64,000 nucleotides of DNA from Catajapyx aquilonaris (Eukaryota), in the NCBI GenBank assembly GCA_000934665.2, contig JYFJ02002099.1, positions 1 through 64,000 on the forward strand, read 5' to 3'. Below are positions 1-12,619 of this stretch, piece after piece (position 1 is the stretch's first letter; the number at the start of each line of letters is the position of its first letter). The position numbers and the translations under genes are program-made. The notes beneath the pieces are model-generated. The model was not told the DNA's origin, searched no databases, and worked only from the letters and a program-made list of their open reading frames with translations.

Positions 1-3000
1 GCAGCAGGTATAACGAGGGTTAAACTCTTGAGTATCCCGAGGGCAAACCGAAGGAAGGAAACAACAAGTAAACTTTTTCCATAAATGATAGTAGTGAGGG
101 AAAGGAAAGTGGAAGTAGAAGAAAGGTGCATGAATCCAATCTGGAGATAGAAAACAAGCCATCCAGTTGTTCCCCTTCGGCGAGCTTTCTTCTGATTGGC
201 CTGCTCAGTTCCTCTCGTCTTATATCAGATTCATGTAACGCACCACAGGCTTCATCTCCCACGGCAGTGCTGAATAAATTTGTGTGGGGTGGGGGGGTTT
301 GTGGTGGAATGAGATACACAGCTATAAATGAATCTATTGACTTTGTGTGTGGCGCCGATCTAGTTTGCATACGCAAAGGGAGGAGAAAAATTATCTCGGC
401 CACTTGCACCCACGAAACACTCGCAGATTTTCAAAAGATGAAGGGGAAAAATATGCGGAAGAGGAAGCCATGTTCTTGCTTCATTCGTGTGAACAGGGGC
501 TGAAGAATAGTCAAACTTCTCTTTTTTTTACTCTTAGAAATAAACCCGCCGCAAACTATGTTAATTATAACCGTAAAAATGGGATGAGATTCATTTTTAT
601 TAACTCTCAAAGGAGCTGGTTGGCAGACTTCCAGCCGACGGTGTCCATATTACAAGGGCGGAGCTTTACCACCGGTGCAGCAACACTGTCTTGATTTAGA
701 AACGTAATCAAGGTATTAATCAAGGCATTAAGATCCCTATTGCCTGGGTGTCCATACCAAAGTTTGTGATTGCTCTGCAGTGGTAATTAGGTGGGGGAAA
801 ACGTCAGAGTTTTTAGATATTGTGTCAACGGCTTTCTCCATGAAATCCAATCATTTGTACCTCTTAAATTTGTTGCGTAATTTCGGCCAATTTGAGTGGC
901 TTCTCAATATACTGATTACCATCGAATTTTGGTGCATGACGTAACCTGGCCTGGATAAGGCTTCGTGCAAATCTATCCTCTAACACCCGGTATCGTGGGG
1001 TAACAAAATTCGTCGATAATGGTGCCGATGGTACTGGCGGATGGTCATTTCCCCACTGAGCTTGGCAGCACCAAAGAAATTCAAACTGTTATGGTGTGTA
1101 AAAGTTTTCCGCTACCTAACCGATTTTGACGCTGTTAAAGGGACAATATTGCAAGGACAGGTGATAAAATACATCGAATCTGAAATGTCAGGTCATCAAT
1201 CACTGATGGTGAACTAAGACTGCAATGTTGTACAGTATACTAAGCCTATTCGAGCAGTAAATCCACTAGGTAGGGATATAGGTTAATAACCCTGATTAAT
1301 TTAAAGGCGCGATAAGCTCTACTAAGAACTGTGCGCATATTCCAGTTTTCATTATCATAAAATTACTAACCTTATACAAATTAATCCCAGGTGTTAAACC
1401 TGCCATTCTAAATATTTGTTTATTCAGACATAGGGTGAGTCAAAAACTGCTTAAAATGAATCCAGGAATCGAACACCCAAACTTCTCTATATGCACCGAT
1501 TTAGCAGTCCCATTGCATCCGTTGCAGACAAGTCAGTCTAATGATCCGGTTCATGCACCACTGGTCCAGCGCGTGAGAAAAATATCGGTCGAAATAATTC
1601 GGCTCCAAAAAAAAAAACTAGTGCATCCTAAAAGTTAGGCCCATACTATGCACACCAGGAGAGGCGTGCGGATTGCCCTGCAGTGCTAGGATAAATACTC
1701 ATGTTATTACACTGTCCAACCTGTGGCCTGCGGGTTGGATTTGCTCGATGAGAGCTCTCTGAGTGTCCTGCACAAATGTTATTAATGGAAGGTACGCGTT
1801 TCGGGTGGGTGGGACAGTCCACTGAAACAACTGCAATGCATACGTCACTAGTTATTTTTTTTTTTTGAATTCTATTTGAAACACGCAAACACATTTTGAT
1901 TGCGGTGTAGCATGTGACACTGCGACAAGAACGATTGTATCACCGTTTTGTCCCGAGGCATGTCTACATCGTGCAAAATACAGTGTACTGCACGATCATA
2001 CGTAACTTTTGCGAGTAACCTGATTCATTATAAGTGTTCCAGTTATGTGCTCCTTTTACTCGTGGGTAGGCGTAACCCAATTGATCCCTAAAACGATTTC
2101 CTCTAGACTACTCACTCTTTAAATTGTTTGGGGCCTATGCGCTCCACTATTCCCGGAGCGGATTTAAAATGCTCATATGAAAGAGGGGACACGAATCCGG
2201 TTATCAAACTAACGCGAATTACCGGCAGTTAGTCGCATTATGGACCCCCCAAAAAACGCGACCGATACTTTACACACTTGTGAAACATGTTGATACAGTG
2301 TAGTGGCTAAGAGATGGCGTGGATGTGGAAAGAGGCTGAAACAGTCGTGAAACAGCCTTGAACGAGGCTAGTATTGTAGGACCACGTCTAATAATCAAAA
2401 AAATTGTCAATTGGGACTCTAGTTGTCTGTTAAACTACATAGCCTATGTATTATTGGATCTTCAGTGTATAGGACTCTCAAACCGTGCAAATTGAATGCT
2501 CTCGAGAGTATAAGCCCGTTTTGGTGTTTACGACGTATTTCGTCGGGGGGTAGACCTTATTTTTAGCCAGGAAATGAAGACAAATGTAGTGTGCAATGTG
2601 CCTTTTTTGTTGCTTACCCCCCCCCCCTCACCACTTGGGGTGGAAACATCGATCTGGACCACTTTACATGCTCCCCTACTCTCTACTCCCAGACCATAAC
2701 GGAACAAAGGAACTACTCGCCCTGAAAAATGCTGTTACAAATATGTTTACTTTATGAGAATCTAAGAACCTTTATATAGCCAAGATGCGGTTTTTTTTTC
2801 AAAAGGATCTGCGTTGCTGTATGTAATCAACGTTACCGCAATTGAGTTGCGACTGGCGAGAAGGGAAATTACGTCAAATGTTTGTCATTAAAGTGATAGG
2901 CTTCTAACTCTCTCAAACTTGGGTCACAACACTTCCGGTACCTCTTCCGGTGTGTTCGTCCGGCGATACGCTTCCAGACTCCGCGATCAATTCTGGAACC

Positions 3001-3482
3001 ACATCTAGGTTGCCAGATTAGTCTGCGTTAGTTAGACCTACACTTGGTTAGATTCCGGTAGTTTGGAACCGCTTTTAAAGTTACAACAAGTGGTGTCGTA
3101 CATGCCAACTCTAGCGCTTTTTCTCCCTTCTTCAGCCCCAAAAAATACACGGACGTAAGAAACCCCTCCAGTGTGGCCAATAGGCCTGGAAGCAGCTCTT
3201 ATCTATCGGCTGTTCACCGAGCTGTCTACTTCCAGATTGCAACAGAAGTTTGACCGTTGCCATGGCAACCCTTTGAAACCCTCCTAGTGATTGATTTTAA
3301 CGGTAGGGCAACAGTGATAACACTCAAAACTTCCCCTGAAATCATGAAGCAGACATCCTGCGATTTTATTACGTTATAAGAACTTTACTCTATAGAAGAA
3401 ACGTGGCAGAGTGTTTGTTTTCGTTGTTTCGTTGCGTATTACCCTAATGACAACGAATACGCCATTCGAACTCGTACGCACT

Positions 3483-3739
3483 AGAGATCCGCCAAATTCT
3501 GACGTCACGGTCGACTCCGATTGGCTGGAGTAGTTAGAGGCCATCTGGCTCCAGCCAATCGGAGTCGTCACGTCGTCTCTGATTGGCTGTTTACGTGTCC
3601 TATGGAGGCAGCCATCTTGCGTTGCTATGGGAAAGTGGCCGGCTCTGACGTCACGGTCGACTCCGATTGGCTGGAGTAGCTACAGGCCTTCTGGCCCCAG
3701 CCAATCGGAGTCGACGTGATGTCAGAAGTTGGCGACTCT
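3483..3739. mobile_element. MITE family 1 copy (CRE-containing TIRs, internal CCAAT hairpins)
   Basis: Degenerate TIRs agagatccgccaaattctgacgtca and tgatgtcagaagttggcgactct; an internally duplicated hairpin unit gactccgattggctggag...ccagccaatcggagtc; homologous in inverted orientation to 51715-51900. Confidence 0.7.
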
Positions 3740-3793
3740 CTTCCTTCGAGGCTATCCAGTACGGATAGCCTCGAAGGGAGAGAGTTGCCAACT
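3727..3793. repeat. Near-perfect 67-bp palindrome followed by short (AACCG/AACCT)n
   Basis: agttggcgactctcttccttcgaggctatcc-agtac-ggatagcctcgaagggagagagttgccaact; its left arm overlaps the family 1 right TIR. Confidence 0.8.
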
Positions 3794-4910
3794 GCAGAAA
3801 CATTCGAACCGAACCGAACCTAACCTAACCTAAAAACCTAACCCAAACAAGCGCATGCGTCCAGCACCATCCGATTCGAGGGGATGTATCCAGGCGTGTT
3901 CTTTCGCTACCTTTTCCGTTCAGAGAGCCTGAAACTCCCTAATGTCAAGACTCCATAATTGCGTTTACCCCCGTCTCTGTAAACTCTAGTCCGGCAAGGT
4001 GATAGTCCAACCCCTATCCCTTTGGCACCCAAAAGGCAAGCCACCGTTTGAGCCCCAGTCAAGGTATTTTTTGAACCCCCTGGATCAATGCTGGCCAATT
4101 CATCGGCAAGAAAAAAAAGCGCCAAAGGGAATGACATGTGTCTCTCTCCCTGCGTTTTTTTTTTCTACTTCTTTTCTTACACGCCCAGGAAAATATTGCA
4201 TGGAAGCAAAGGGTTCAGAGGGTGGATTTGGCTAGAATCGAGGCGAACCCGTCGACAGGATTGTCGCCGGATCTCGACTAGAACGGGTTAAAAAAAGGGG
4301 GGGCGGAGGCGAAAGAAGAGGACCAAGAAAAAAAAAGCATCGAGTTTGGTTATCCGAATAGAAGCAGGCTTAGAGTAGGTGTACCGAAGGGGAAGATTCG
4401 GAGGGGCGAGGGATCCATCAGAAGCTGAGGAGTGATCCAGAAAGGAAGGAGGGCGAAAGGGTATAGGGGTGGGTGGGGGTAAGGAATGGGGGGTGGGGAG
4501 CCCAGATCTCTATCCTACCGTATGTATTCGAGCAGGCAGCTTCGAAAAAGCGTGAGCTGCATCGGGGACAGACCAACAGGCGCCTGTCTCGGCAAACAAA
4601 TTCGCTAGCAAAAATAGTTACTAGTGCCTTGTTTGATAAGTTATCAGTTTCCTCTAGGAGCAAGGGTGGAGTCTAGACAAGTGGTAGATGGATGGAGTCC
4701 CTGCTGGTTCAAAGTTGAGGCACATTGAACAATAATTTTGGTTGCAATATCGATTGTAAGTAGTGTTAATCTCTTGGGGGCGGGGAGAGGCATGCATTGT
4801 ACAGTACAACGGGTTGCATCAAGTCCAGGATGAACGAAAGCCAAACTGGCCATATCTTTCTGAAACCGATAGTACCAATGAGAATTTAAAATATGAAAAA
4901 TGCCGAAGCC

Positions 4911-5141
4911 CACCGGAGTGAAGTTAACTTAGAAAATTTAGGAAAAATGGTGGTGTACCACCCCCCTATAGAACCCGTAAGGGTCATCACGGGGTACAAC
5001 AAATATAAATAAAATAAATAACAATTGTTCACGAATAAACCATTTTTATTTATTGTACACCGTGATGACCCTTACGGGTTCTATAGGGGGGTGGTACACC
5101 ACCATTTTCCCTCAATTTTCTAAGTTAACTTCACTTCGGTG
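4911..5141. mobile_element. Foldback/MITE with ~88-bp inverted arms
   Basis: caccggagtgaagttaacttagaaaatt...gaacccgtaagggtcatcacggggtacaa (4911-4998) pairs with ttgtacaccgtgatgacccttacgggttc...ttttctaagttaacttcacttcggtg (5053-5141) around an AT-rich spacer. Confidence 0.8.
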
Positions 5142-5304
5142 CAGGGAATCAAGGAGATTGGGTAAGGATAAGGATTTTTGGGGAGAGAACATGGGTGCAA
5201 GTGCATAGTCTGAAAAGGGGTCACTTGCTGTTCCCCAGGAGGTTAGGTTGCCAGACACCTCCTTGGTGCAGGTGAGAGACCCTCCTGACGCAGGTGAAAG
5301 GGAA

Positions 5305-5380
5305 CTCCCACAGGCAGGGATCGAACCTGGGACCTTTCACTCAGCAAGCCGAGATGTTACCATCTCGGCCACCACACCTA
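5305..5380 (-). pseudogene. tRNA-like head (SINE fragment or tRNA pseudogene)
   Basis: Minus strand GGTGTGGTGGCCGAGATGGTAACATCTCGG...AGGTCCCAGGTTCGATCCCTG has an A box (TGGCCGAGATGG) and a B box (GGTTCGATCCC), but I could not fold a convincing acceptor stem. Confidence 0.6.
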
Positions 5381-5404
5381 CCCATTCGTGAACAATATGC
5401 ACGT

Positions 5405-5546
5405 ACTATGTGGCTCCTAATCCTTTTGAACACTTTATCCTGGTTTGGAAGCAACCCTTCGCACAGGCCCCACGGTAAGGAAGTGTGCGCGCGTGAAGGG
5501 TTGCTTCACGACCAGGATAAAGTGGCCAAAAGAATTGCCCCATAGT
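5405..5546. mobile_element. MITE family 3 copy (TATGGGGC-type ends, ATCCTGG..GAAGCAACCC arms)
   Basis: Hairpin cactttatcctggtttggaagcaacccttc / gaagggttgcttcacgaccaggataaagtg; shares its termini and internal sequence with 21441-21542. Confidence 0.75.
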
Positions 5547-8469
5547 AGTACGACTAAAAATCTGCAATTTTCGTAAAAATTGAAGCCAAAAATATTTTCA
5601 GATTCCAGCCCCTTGGGCTACTTTAAATGCAAACAACTGCAAATTCTCAACTTTCAAGTCCAGATTTTTTACTATATTTATACAACACTAGTTTCGATTT
5701 TTGCATAGAGTAGGAACAATTTCCAATATAATTTATCATGGTACACCGCATAATCAATTCTTTTGCTTAATGACCATATTGCATGCAAGATATAACCAAA
5801 AACAACCCTATATTTTTGGCGTCGAGTATGGGCCATCTCCCAGCCTGTGGCGCCACCGCTGTCTCCCAGCTTCCTTTTCGCCGTCCTTCTTTTCTGATTT
5901 AAATACAACTTCCTTCCACAGAGTTGGTTAACGTCAACACAACGGATGAGCCAGGCCGTTTCCATTTGTTTCTCCGGAGAGAAATTTTTGAGCTCCCTAA
6001 AACTGTCGCCCCCACTCCTGATGAGTTAATATCCAAGCCAGATAGCCCTACTTCAACAGTCTTCAAAAATTCCTGGGGCTGTCAACCCCTGACGCTTTAT
6101 ACCCGTACTCAATGAGACACTTGGCTCTAAGATGGTCCTTCCCAAAACTTGCCAGAGGACCATAGTTTTCCCATTCAAACTGGAGGCTGCAAAATAGCCT
6201 CAAGTTTCACATTATGCGCTCAACTCGGGGTACCCAAAATTTCCGAGTGTTTTTGAGCCGTGTCAGTGAGACTTGTTTTGATGGCAGGCGCCGTGTGTTT
6301 GCGACTCATTACGACCTGCGTCACGCCGAGAAAAGGACTCATATTGCAGGCCCTCCAGGCCCAAACAAGTGCGCCATTAATATCAGAGGATCCCTCTTTT
6401 CACCGGAGCCTGAAAAGGCCTGAAAAGGCTTGCCGCGCGCCGGTACACTCCGGTAAACACCAGAGAGACGCTTTTCCTTCAGGTATACCAATTTCAGGTG
6501 ACCATGCCCCCCCCCCCTTTTCAAGGAGAAGGACATACTGGCACAATTTGGCAGCCTTCCATTACTACAGGGGTAATAAAAGTGTGCAGAGTTCTTTCAA
6601 TTTTGGAGGCTTGAAACGTGACGTCGCAGGTCCGGTGATAAAAAGCCTTAGGTGGGGAATTAACAGTCGTGGCGTAGAATGATTGGATGGAAGGGAATCG
6701 AACTGGCTTCTGAGAGTGAAGAATGTTAGCGATTACCCTTTTCTTGAGAACAGGCATCTTTTACACAATTGAATTCCGAACGGTTCGAATCGCCTGCAGT
6801 TCGTCTTACTGGTGTCAATTTTAAACCTAAGCTGCATCCTACTCTCTAGAAAGTCTAACAGCTACTTACAGGAGCTGAAAAAGTACAGTTCTACTCAAGA
6901 AGTTGACCCAAATCACATAGTAACATTCTGTGGAGAATAACCAAGATGGCCGTCTACGCGGTTCTACGCAAAAATGACGTCACGCGCACTATAAATTAAG
7001 CCATAAAGGTGCTTGGTATGACCCTTAGATATCATCTGGAGTTAATGAAACCGGTTAAAGCAGAGGCGTGACGGTGTTTCACCCTACCACTTCTCTGGTT
7101 GCATTAGCTTCAGATGGACCAGTGTGGCTCAAACGATCCCCAAAACAGCCGGAAATTCAAACCTAGTTTCGTGAGTTTGACAGTGCGCCAACTAGCTGAC
7201 TTGAGCCAAATGACGTCACCTTAAAGAGACACTATTTTGACAATTATATGGCTCTATATGTCTGCGCCAGAAACCCTGTTGCGTATTATCGTATAATTAC
7301 ACAATGTTACGCTGGATCGTAAAACAGGGCGACGCACGCATTGAGATTTAATAAAGGGCATGCTGGACCATCCAAATTTTGGTAGGGTCCGTCGTGTAAT
7401 AACTTTGAGAAGGAATGTACTCTGCGTCAGGGAGGAAACCAAGTCGAAAGGTTTTCCGCGGTCACGTAACTGGCCGCTGCGAAAACAGCTCCCATGGGCC
7501 TGAAATATGATGCCCAACAGAGGGCTCGTTCATTTAGTGCTCCTAACAATGCCTAAAACTAGCGTTGCGGGGGAAACAACACATAGGCTTATAGTGCGGT
7601 AGTAGTAGCCTCCTCGAGTGCAATACAGAGGTCTGGAGAGGAAATATAAAATGTCAAGTGTTGTCTTGCACGAAAGTGTCATATTATGTGTACAGACCCC
7701 TGAGGCAATGCATGGTGTTGTCAAACACTGCTATCGTTAAGTGGATTTGTGACAGAGGCTATTTGTAGTAAGCTGCAATCCCCTCAGGTGCTGTTTAGCG
7801 TAATAGTGATTGGTGGACCGCACATAATAGGTGTGACACCATGACAAATAGCACGATTCTTGCTATATCGATAGCAACGACAGGTATCTAGTCTAATATT
7901 AATCCGGTGGGGGGGTTAGGAAAGGAAAGGGGGCTACAATCCCTCGAGCTCAATTCCCCGTGATTGGTTGCGGTGTTTGCAAAATCAGGGAGGTCACATG
8001 TCAATCAAGCCCAAGGCGAACTTCGGTACTCTAGCTTATTCAAATGAAATCGGGCGGAAATGCCAGTCGGGAATACAAATAGCGTGAAAAGTAGGTGTTG
8101 GGTATAGCAACAGCTCTATTAAATGGCGGTATAGCCGCTACCCGACAAAATGTCCAACAACGCTAGCCCTTTCAAGTCCGCCATTTGATCCCCAGGTGGG
8201 ACAAAACTGACAATAACTTGACAACGTCTTGGCCACATTTCTTATTCATGTGGCACCATTTTGATGCCGAGACTGATCCTACCTAGTTTGAAATACAGCT
8301 GCTTTACGCGACTACAATGTGTGCAAAAACTGTGTGCTAAAAATATCACAAAATTTGCCCTGAAAATTTCAAATATATGAGTAGGTCAATGTCAAACCCA
8401 AGGCATCAACGCTAAATTCATATTTACCATATATGGAACCTTTTCCCAATAATTGGTCCAGATCCAATT

Positions 8470-8545
8470 TGGAAAGGTCAATGACCCGTGGAAAGGTCAA
8501 TGACCCGTGGAAAGGTCAATGACCCGTGGAAAGGTCAATGACCCG
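8470..8545. repeat. 19-bp tandem repeat x4, each unit containing AGGTCA-A-TGACCC (IR1)
   Basis: (TGGAAAGGTCAATGACCCG)4, four identical copies. Confidence 0.95.
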
Positions 8546-9812
8546 GCACTAAATTTTAAGTTCCTGATTTTTGAAGTGATCTACCTGATAATGGCCTACT
8601 ATGATATTTCCTCAACTGGATGAAAAATATTTTGTGTAATTAGCGCTACTGCCTAAAATCGCAAATTTGCTTCCCACTACCCCTCATATTAATGGCGGCG
8701 TCACCCTCGAGATGGAAGCCTTATCGCAAGCTGGCTATATAGACTAGCGAGTGGCCATTTAAACCTAGCGCAACACACACACGCTTCCCATCCTATAATC
8801 CAAATGGCATCACAAAAGGACACACACAATAACTCCGGAAGCCCTGTTATCTCGACTTTAGGAGGATCAAGGAAGCTCTGCCAAATGAGGCCCACCCCAC
8901 ATCATAACTCCCACCCCCCTATTAACTCATCAGGACTCATATGACGTCTGGGGTGGACACATATCCAGAGCCCCTGTAATACCCTCTCCTCATGGTCCAG
9001 GGGGTGGTCGGGTGCATGGTTGCTCCCTCGGTACCTACTTTACAAGGCTCCAAATTGACCTCCCCCTACCCCACAACCCCCTCATCCCCCCATCCGCTCA
9101 GCTATAATGATGATGACTTCCCTGAATAATGGATTTACTAGCGTCGTTTGCAAAATCCGACTCGAGTGTGGTCGGATGCAGAAAAATGTACCGCTCGAAC
9201 TCTGTACCCTCTTGACGGGTAATTGTGCTGAGAATAGTGGTTGAAGCTAGAGCATCACAAAGGAGTTTGCCCGCCAGGTACAAAAGGTCAGGTTGCGGTT
9301 CGTTTGTGCTGTGTCTGGCATGGGATATTGCTGGGGTGGTGCTTGACTTTTTATAGGGATTGTACTCTCCGGGAAGCGCAATCACATCTCTGGCTTTATC
9401 CGACGTAAGTACTGTGAGCTGGAACGGAGAGGGTGGCAGGGGGGGATTTGGGTTTGCGAAAATCCGACGCCATTCAAAATGACCGGTTGGGATCACTTAT
9501 GACGTTTCATCCTTGCCTGCTTTGCAATTGGACCAGGCTTGTAGAACCCGTGGTGGTGAGTGGTTGTTTCCGGGCTGTCAAGTTCGGCTTATATGCGGCT
9601 GGGATTGGACGTGTACTGCAGTCGATCAAAAGTTTCGGACACACCATTGGACCTGAAGCGAAAAAAATTGTACACAGTTCATAAATTGGTAGATAAATAT
9701 AATAAATATGTCACAGAACCTGTGATTAACGTAGAAAATGCAAAATTCACTGTTGATGTAGTCGATAAATATTTAATTTTTGCACTGCTTATACAACAGC
9801 TTGTGAAAGTAT

Positions 9813-9814
<2 letters not shown>

Positions 9815-9886
<72 letters not shown>
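9815..9886. repeat. (AAT)24 microsatellite
   Basis: Perfect AAT tandem of 72 bp; it explains the poly-N and poly-L spurious ORFs. Confidence 0.98.
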
Positions 9887-10175
9887 TTGTACCCCGTGCT
9901 AGAGCCATGGGCCCTCTTAGGGGGGTGGGATACCGCCATATTTTTTTCTGGAACTCTTGCTTTTGTTTTTAATTCTCGTATATGGGATGGGATAGGGACG
10001 GAAGGAAGCGGCTATGGCCTATAATTACCGACACGACCCCGGAATTTTCCTGGTGAGACCATGGGAAACCACAGAAAATCACGGTCAGGGTCGGCGGCCA
10101 CCGGGATTCGAACCCACAACCTCCCGATTAGCAGTCAGATACCATATCCCCTCCCCTACCACTGCTTCGGTACCG
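9815..10175 (-). mobile_element. tRNA-derived SINE with (ATT)n tail
   Basis: The minus strand has an A-box-like GCAGTGG, a B box GGTTCGAATCCC (about 10103-10114) and a core GATTTTCTGTGGTTTCCC...CCAGG...GGCCATAGCCGCTTCCTTCC resembling widespread insect SINE cores. It ends in the trinucleotide microsatellite. The boundaries, and the link between body and tail, are approximate. Confidence 0.7.
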
Positions 10176-11285
10176 ACTATACATAAATAGCTATCTTCAC
10201 CACAATAGCAGGGCAGAGCCTTTTATAGCGTACCAAAATACCAAAAATTATTTATCAAAACTTCTGATCCTTTCTTTTTAGGCTTCCTTATACCGCAGCA
10301 GGCTATGAGAAAGTTTAAGGTCCGTCAATGTTGCGACCACGTTATTTGATACTCTGTACACAAAGTGTGCACTATTTTGTTACCGAAAGTTACCCTATAC
10401 CACGCCGAAAACTGCGGTCCACAGTACATTGTAGAGAGTAGCGACACTGAGCTGATATGAAAAGTAGGCTTTTCAAGCGATATGTACAGTCCCTCAGCAG
10501 CTATATCGCAGCCTGCGCAAAAATTGACAATACTGTTACACAGGGTAGCTCCCAAAAAAAAGTAGACTTCATCCTGAATTGATTGCAACCCAAGTGCTTT
10601 TGCTGTCCATAATAAGACATAACTTGCAGCAGTTACAGGAGTATCACACAAACTACAAACCAGGCTAATTTAAAACAAAATGCAGATGTTGATAACATAG
10701 AGGTTGAAACACCCTGTATTAAAAACCAGGTAATTCGGTTCGATGCCCCCCAAAAAACGGGCCATTTTCGGTCACATCCACCGCGTACAATATACTATAA
10801 AACAGCACGTTCCCATGACCGCAGAACAGTCTTTGAACGCGAATAAAAAAGGACCGTTAATATTTCAGAGTGAGTCAACGTGCTCGGAGCCAAATTCCCT
10901 TGACCTTACTTATCCAACACACATTCATAACTGAAGAGAACGAGCCGCAGGAACATCCCTCTCCAAATTTGGTCATGTACCAGGCGACAGCCATAAAAAA
11001 CCGGAGGGTGGAACGTGGAGGGACGTCAGATAAAAAAAAACTGGTCCCGAGACAAAGATATTACTTGATTGAATGTGCTGGTATGGCACGAGCTGTGCGT
11101 GCGTTGGGTACCACATATCGAATGAGTGAAGAGAAGCCCTCAAACCTATCGCATATTATTATAGCCTACCCTTTCGTGAATAAATGCCATTAACGTGTGC
11201 CAGAAACATCACTAGATATGCAACTGTATTTCAGTAGGCTACATTTACTTTTGATATTAATGCATAATTTTATGAAACAGTGTAT

Positions 11286-11550
11286 AGTCCCCACAGCATA
11301 ACTTATCGAAAAAGATAGGCATGTCCTAAATATTGCCACCTCTGTGGTAAAGCCATACACCTATGTATACATGGTAGGGTTTCAAAAGAGGAAATCTGAT
11401 GCACCCCACTGTACCATCATTCCCTAAGCGATCTGAGTGATGGATCAGATGGCCCTCTGCTCCACCAATCAGATCACTTCGGGTCCCTGTTGTGGAGTGG
11501 AGGGGAGAGGTCACCTAATCAAATTTGTGAAAAGTTATGCTGTGGGGACT
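11286..11550. mobile_element. MITE with 19-bp TIR AGTCCCCACAGCATAACTT
   Basis: Perfect inverted repeat at 11286-11304 and 11532-11550 in a TA-rich context. Confidence 0.7.
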
Positions 11551-11631
11551 TTATAAAATAAATTTCAATACATAATTTTATGCACGAGAGTGTATAAATA
11601 CATTTCAATGCACACAGTCTTGTCCTGAATT

Positions 11632-11940
11632 AGCTGTGGGGACATGGCTACACAACTTTTGAAACCTAGTTTCCTAACATAAATTATGCTAACCAAACCT
11701 AACCTAACCTACCGTAACGTAACAGAAGTTGCCCTAACCTAACCTACCCTACCATACCCTAACGTAACCTATCCTATCCTACCTAACCTACACTACCATA
11801 AGTAACCTAGGATGAGATAAGTGGATTTTAAAGAAACCCAATTGCGGGGACATGTCCCCACTAAAGCAGTACCAAATCCGGCGTTTTAACTGTGGGGACC
11901 GAAAATGTCCCCACAAATCGGAGGATGTCCCCATAGTTAG
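11632..11940. repeat. TGTGGGGAC/GTCCCCAC-rich element enclosing a degenerate (AACCT)n tract
   Basis: Several TGTGGGGAC and GTCCCCAC motifs in both orientations; degenerate AACCT repeats at about 11690-11810. Confidence 0.55.
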
Positions 11941-12104
11941 AGTAGCCTAAAAACTTCAATTTCCGTCACCAGAGCTAATTGAAGACCTGTACATAATTTT
12001 ATGCAACGGAGTGTATAAAGTACATTTCCGTGCATGATGTGCACATAACTGCCACAATGGCGCCCAACATGGGCTATAACTGCCACAGCATATGAACCAA
12101 CGTA

Positions 12105-12619
12105 CGAGGGCGGATCAATAAGTAAAGCAAATAATATATATAATATAATATAATATAATAAGATATATATATATAGTGACCTTCAATCCTTTGGCTATTT
12201 TCCAACATAGAAACCGTTTCTGTTGAGGCATTTGTCCCACTGGTATGTCGTTAAATGTGCCATGTTTTTAGATCTCCGTCTTATTGCCATAAGATCTTTT
12301 TACTGGGCGTCCGGGACAATGCTGATCGGCAATGTCTTCTCGGTCCTCAGAAAAGCGCTTACACCATCTTGAACTGTTGCTACGGTCCAGGCATGTGTTC
12401 CCATACATTTCTGCCATGTCCTTATGAAGTTGGGTGGGAGTTTTGCCTTGCACCCACAAAAAAAGCACATCAGCTTAATGCTCAATAAGGGTGGACGATG
12501 TCAACACATTCGCCATCTTTTCTGGCTCGTTCTCTTTTGATTCACTTCTGGGAACCCTCACGCAGATATGTACAGACCTGACCATGGACCTGACCGTAAA
12601 CTGAGACTATCCGGCCTCG
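12105..12619 (-). mobile_element. Internally deleted mariner (Tc1/mariner) element
   Basis: Short inverted termini TA|CGAGGGCGGAT (from 12103) and ATCCGGCCTCG|TA (to 12621) with TA on both sides. The minus strand carries transposase N- and C-terminal remnants. Confidence 0.85.
12203..12516 (-). pseudogene. Mariner transposase pseudogene (HTH N-terminus fused to C-terminal tail, DDD core missing)
   Basis: From ATG 12516: MANVLTSSTLIEH*ADVLFLWVQGKTPTQLHKDMAEMYGNTCLDRSNSSRWCKRFSEDREDIADQHCPGRP, a Mos1-type HTH plus the GRP linker with one internal stop. About 12259-12203 reads YQWDKCLNRNGFYVGK*, resembling the mariner C-terminal WxKCxxxxGxYVEK. Confidence 0.85.

Noticed and set aside
4458..4500. 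G-run cluster with G-quadruplex potential (also about 22679-22745)
   Set aside because: G/C runs are ubiquitous in this window, so these are not distinctive.
9560..10024. 154-aa poly-Asn ORF and its antisense poly-Leu ORF
   Set aside because: Produced by the (AAT)24 microsatellite and SINE; no coding features.
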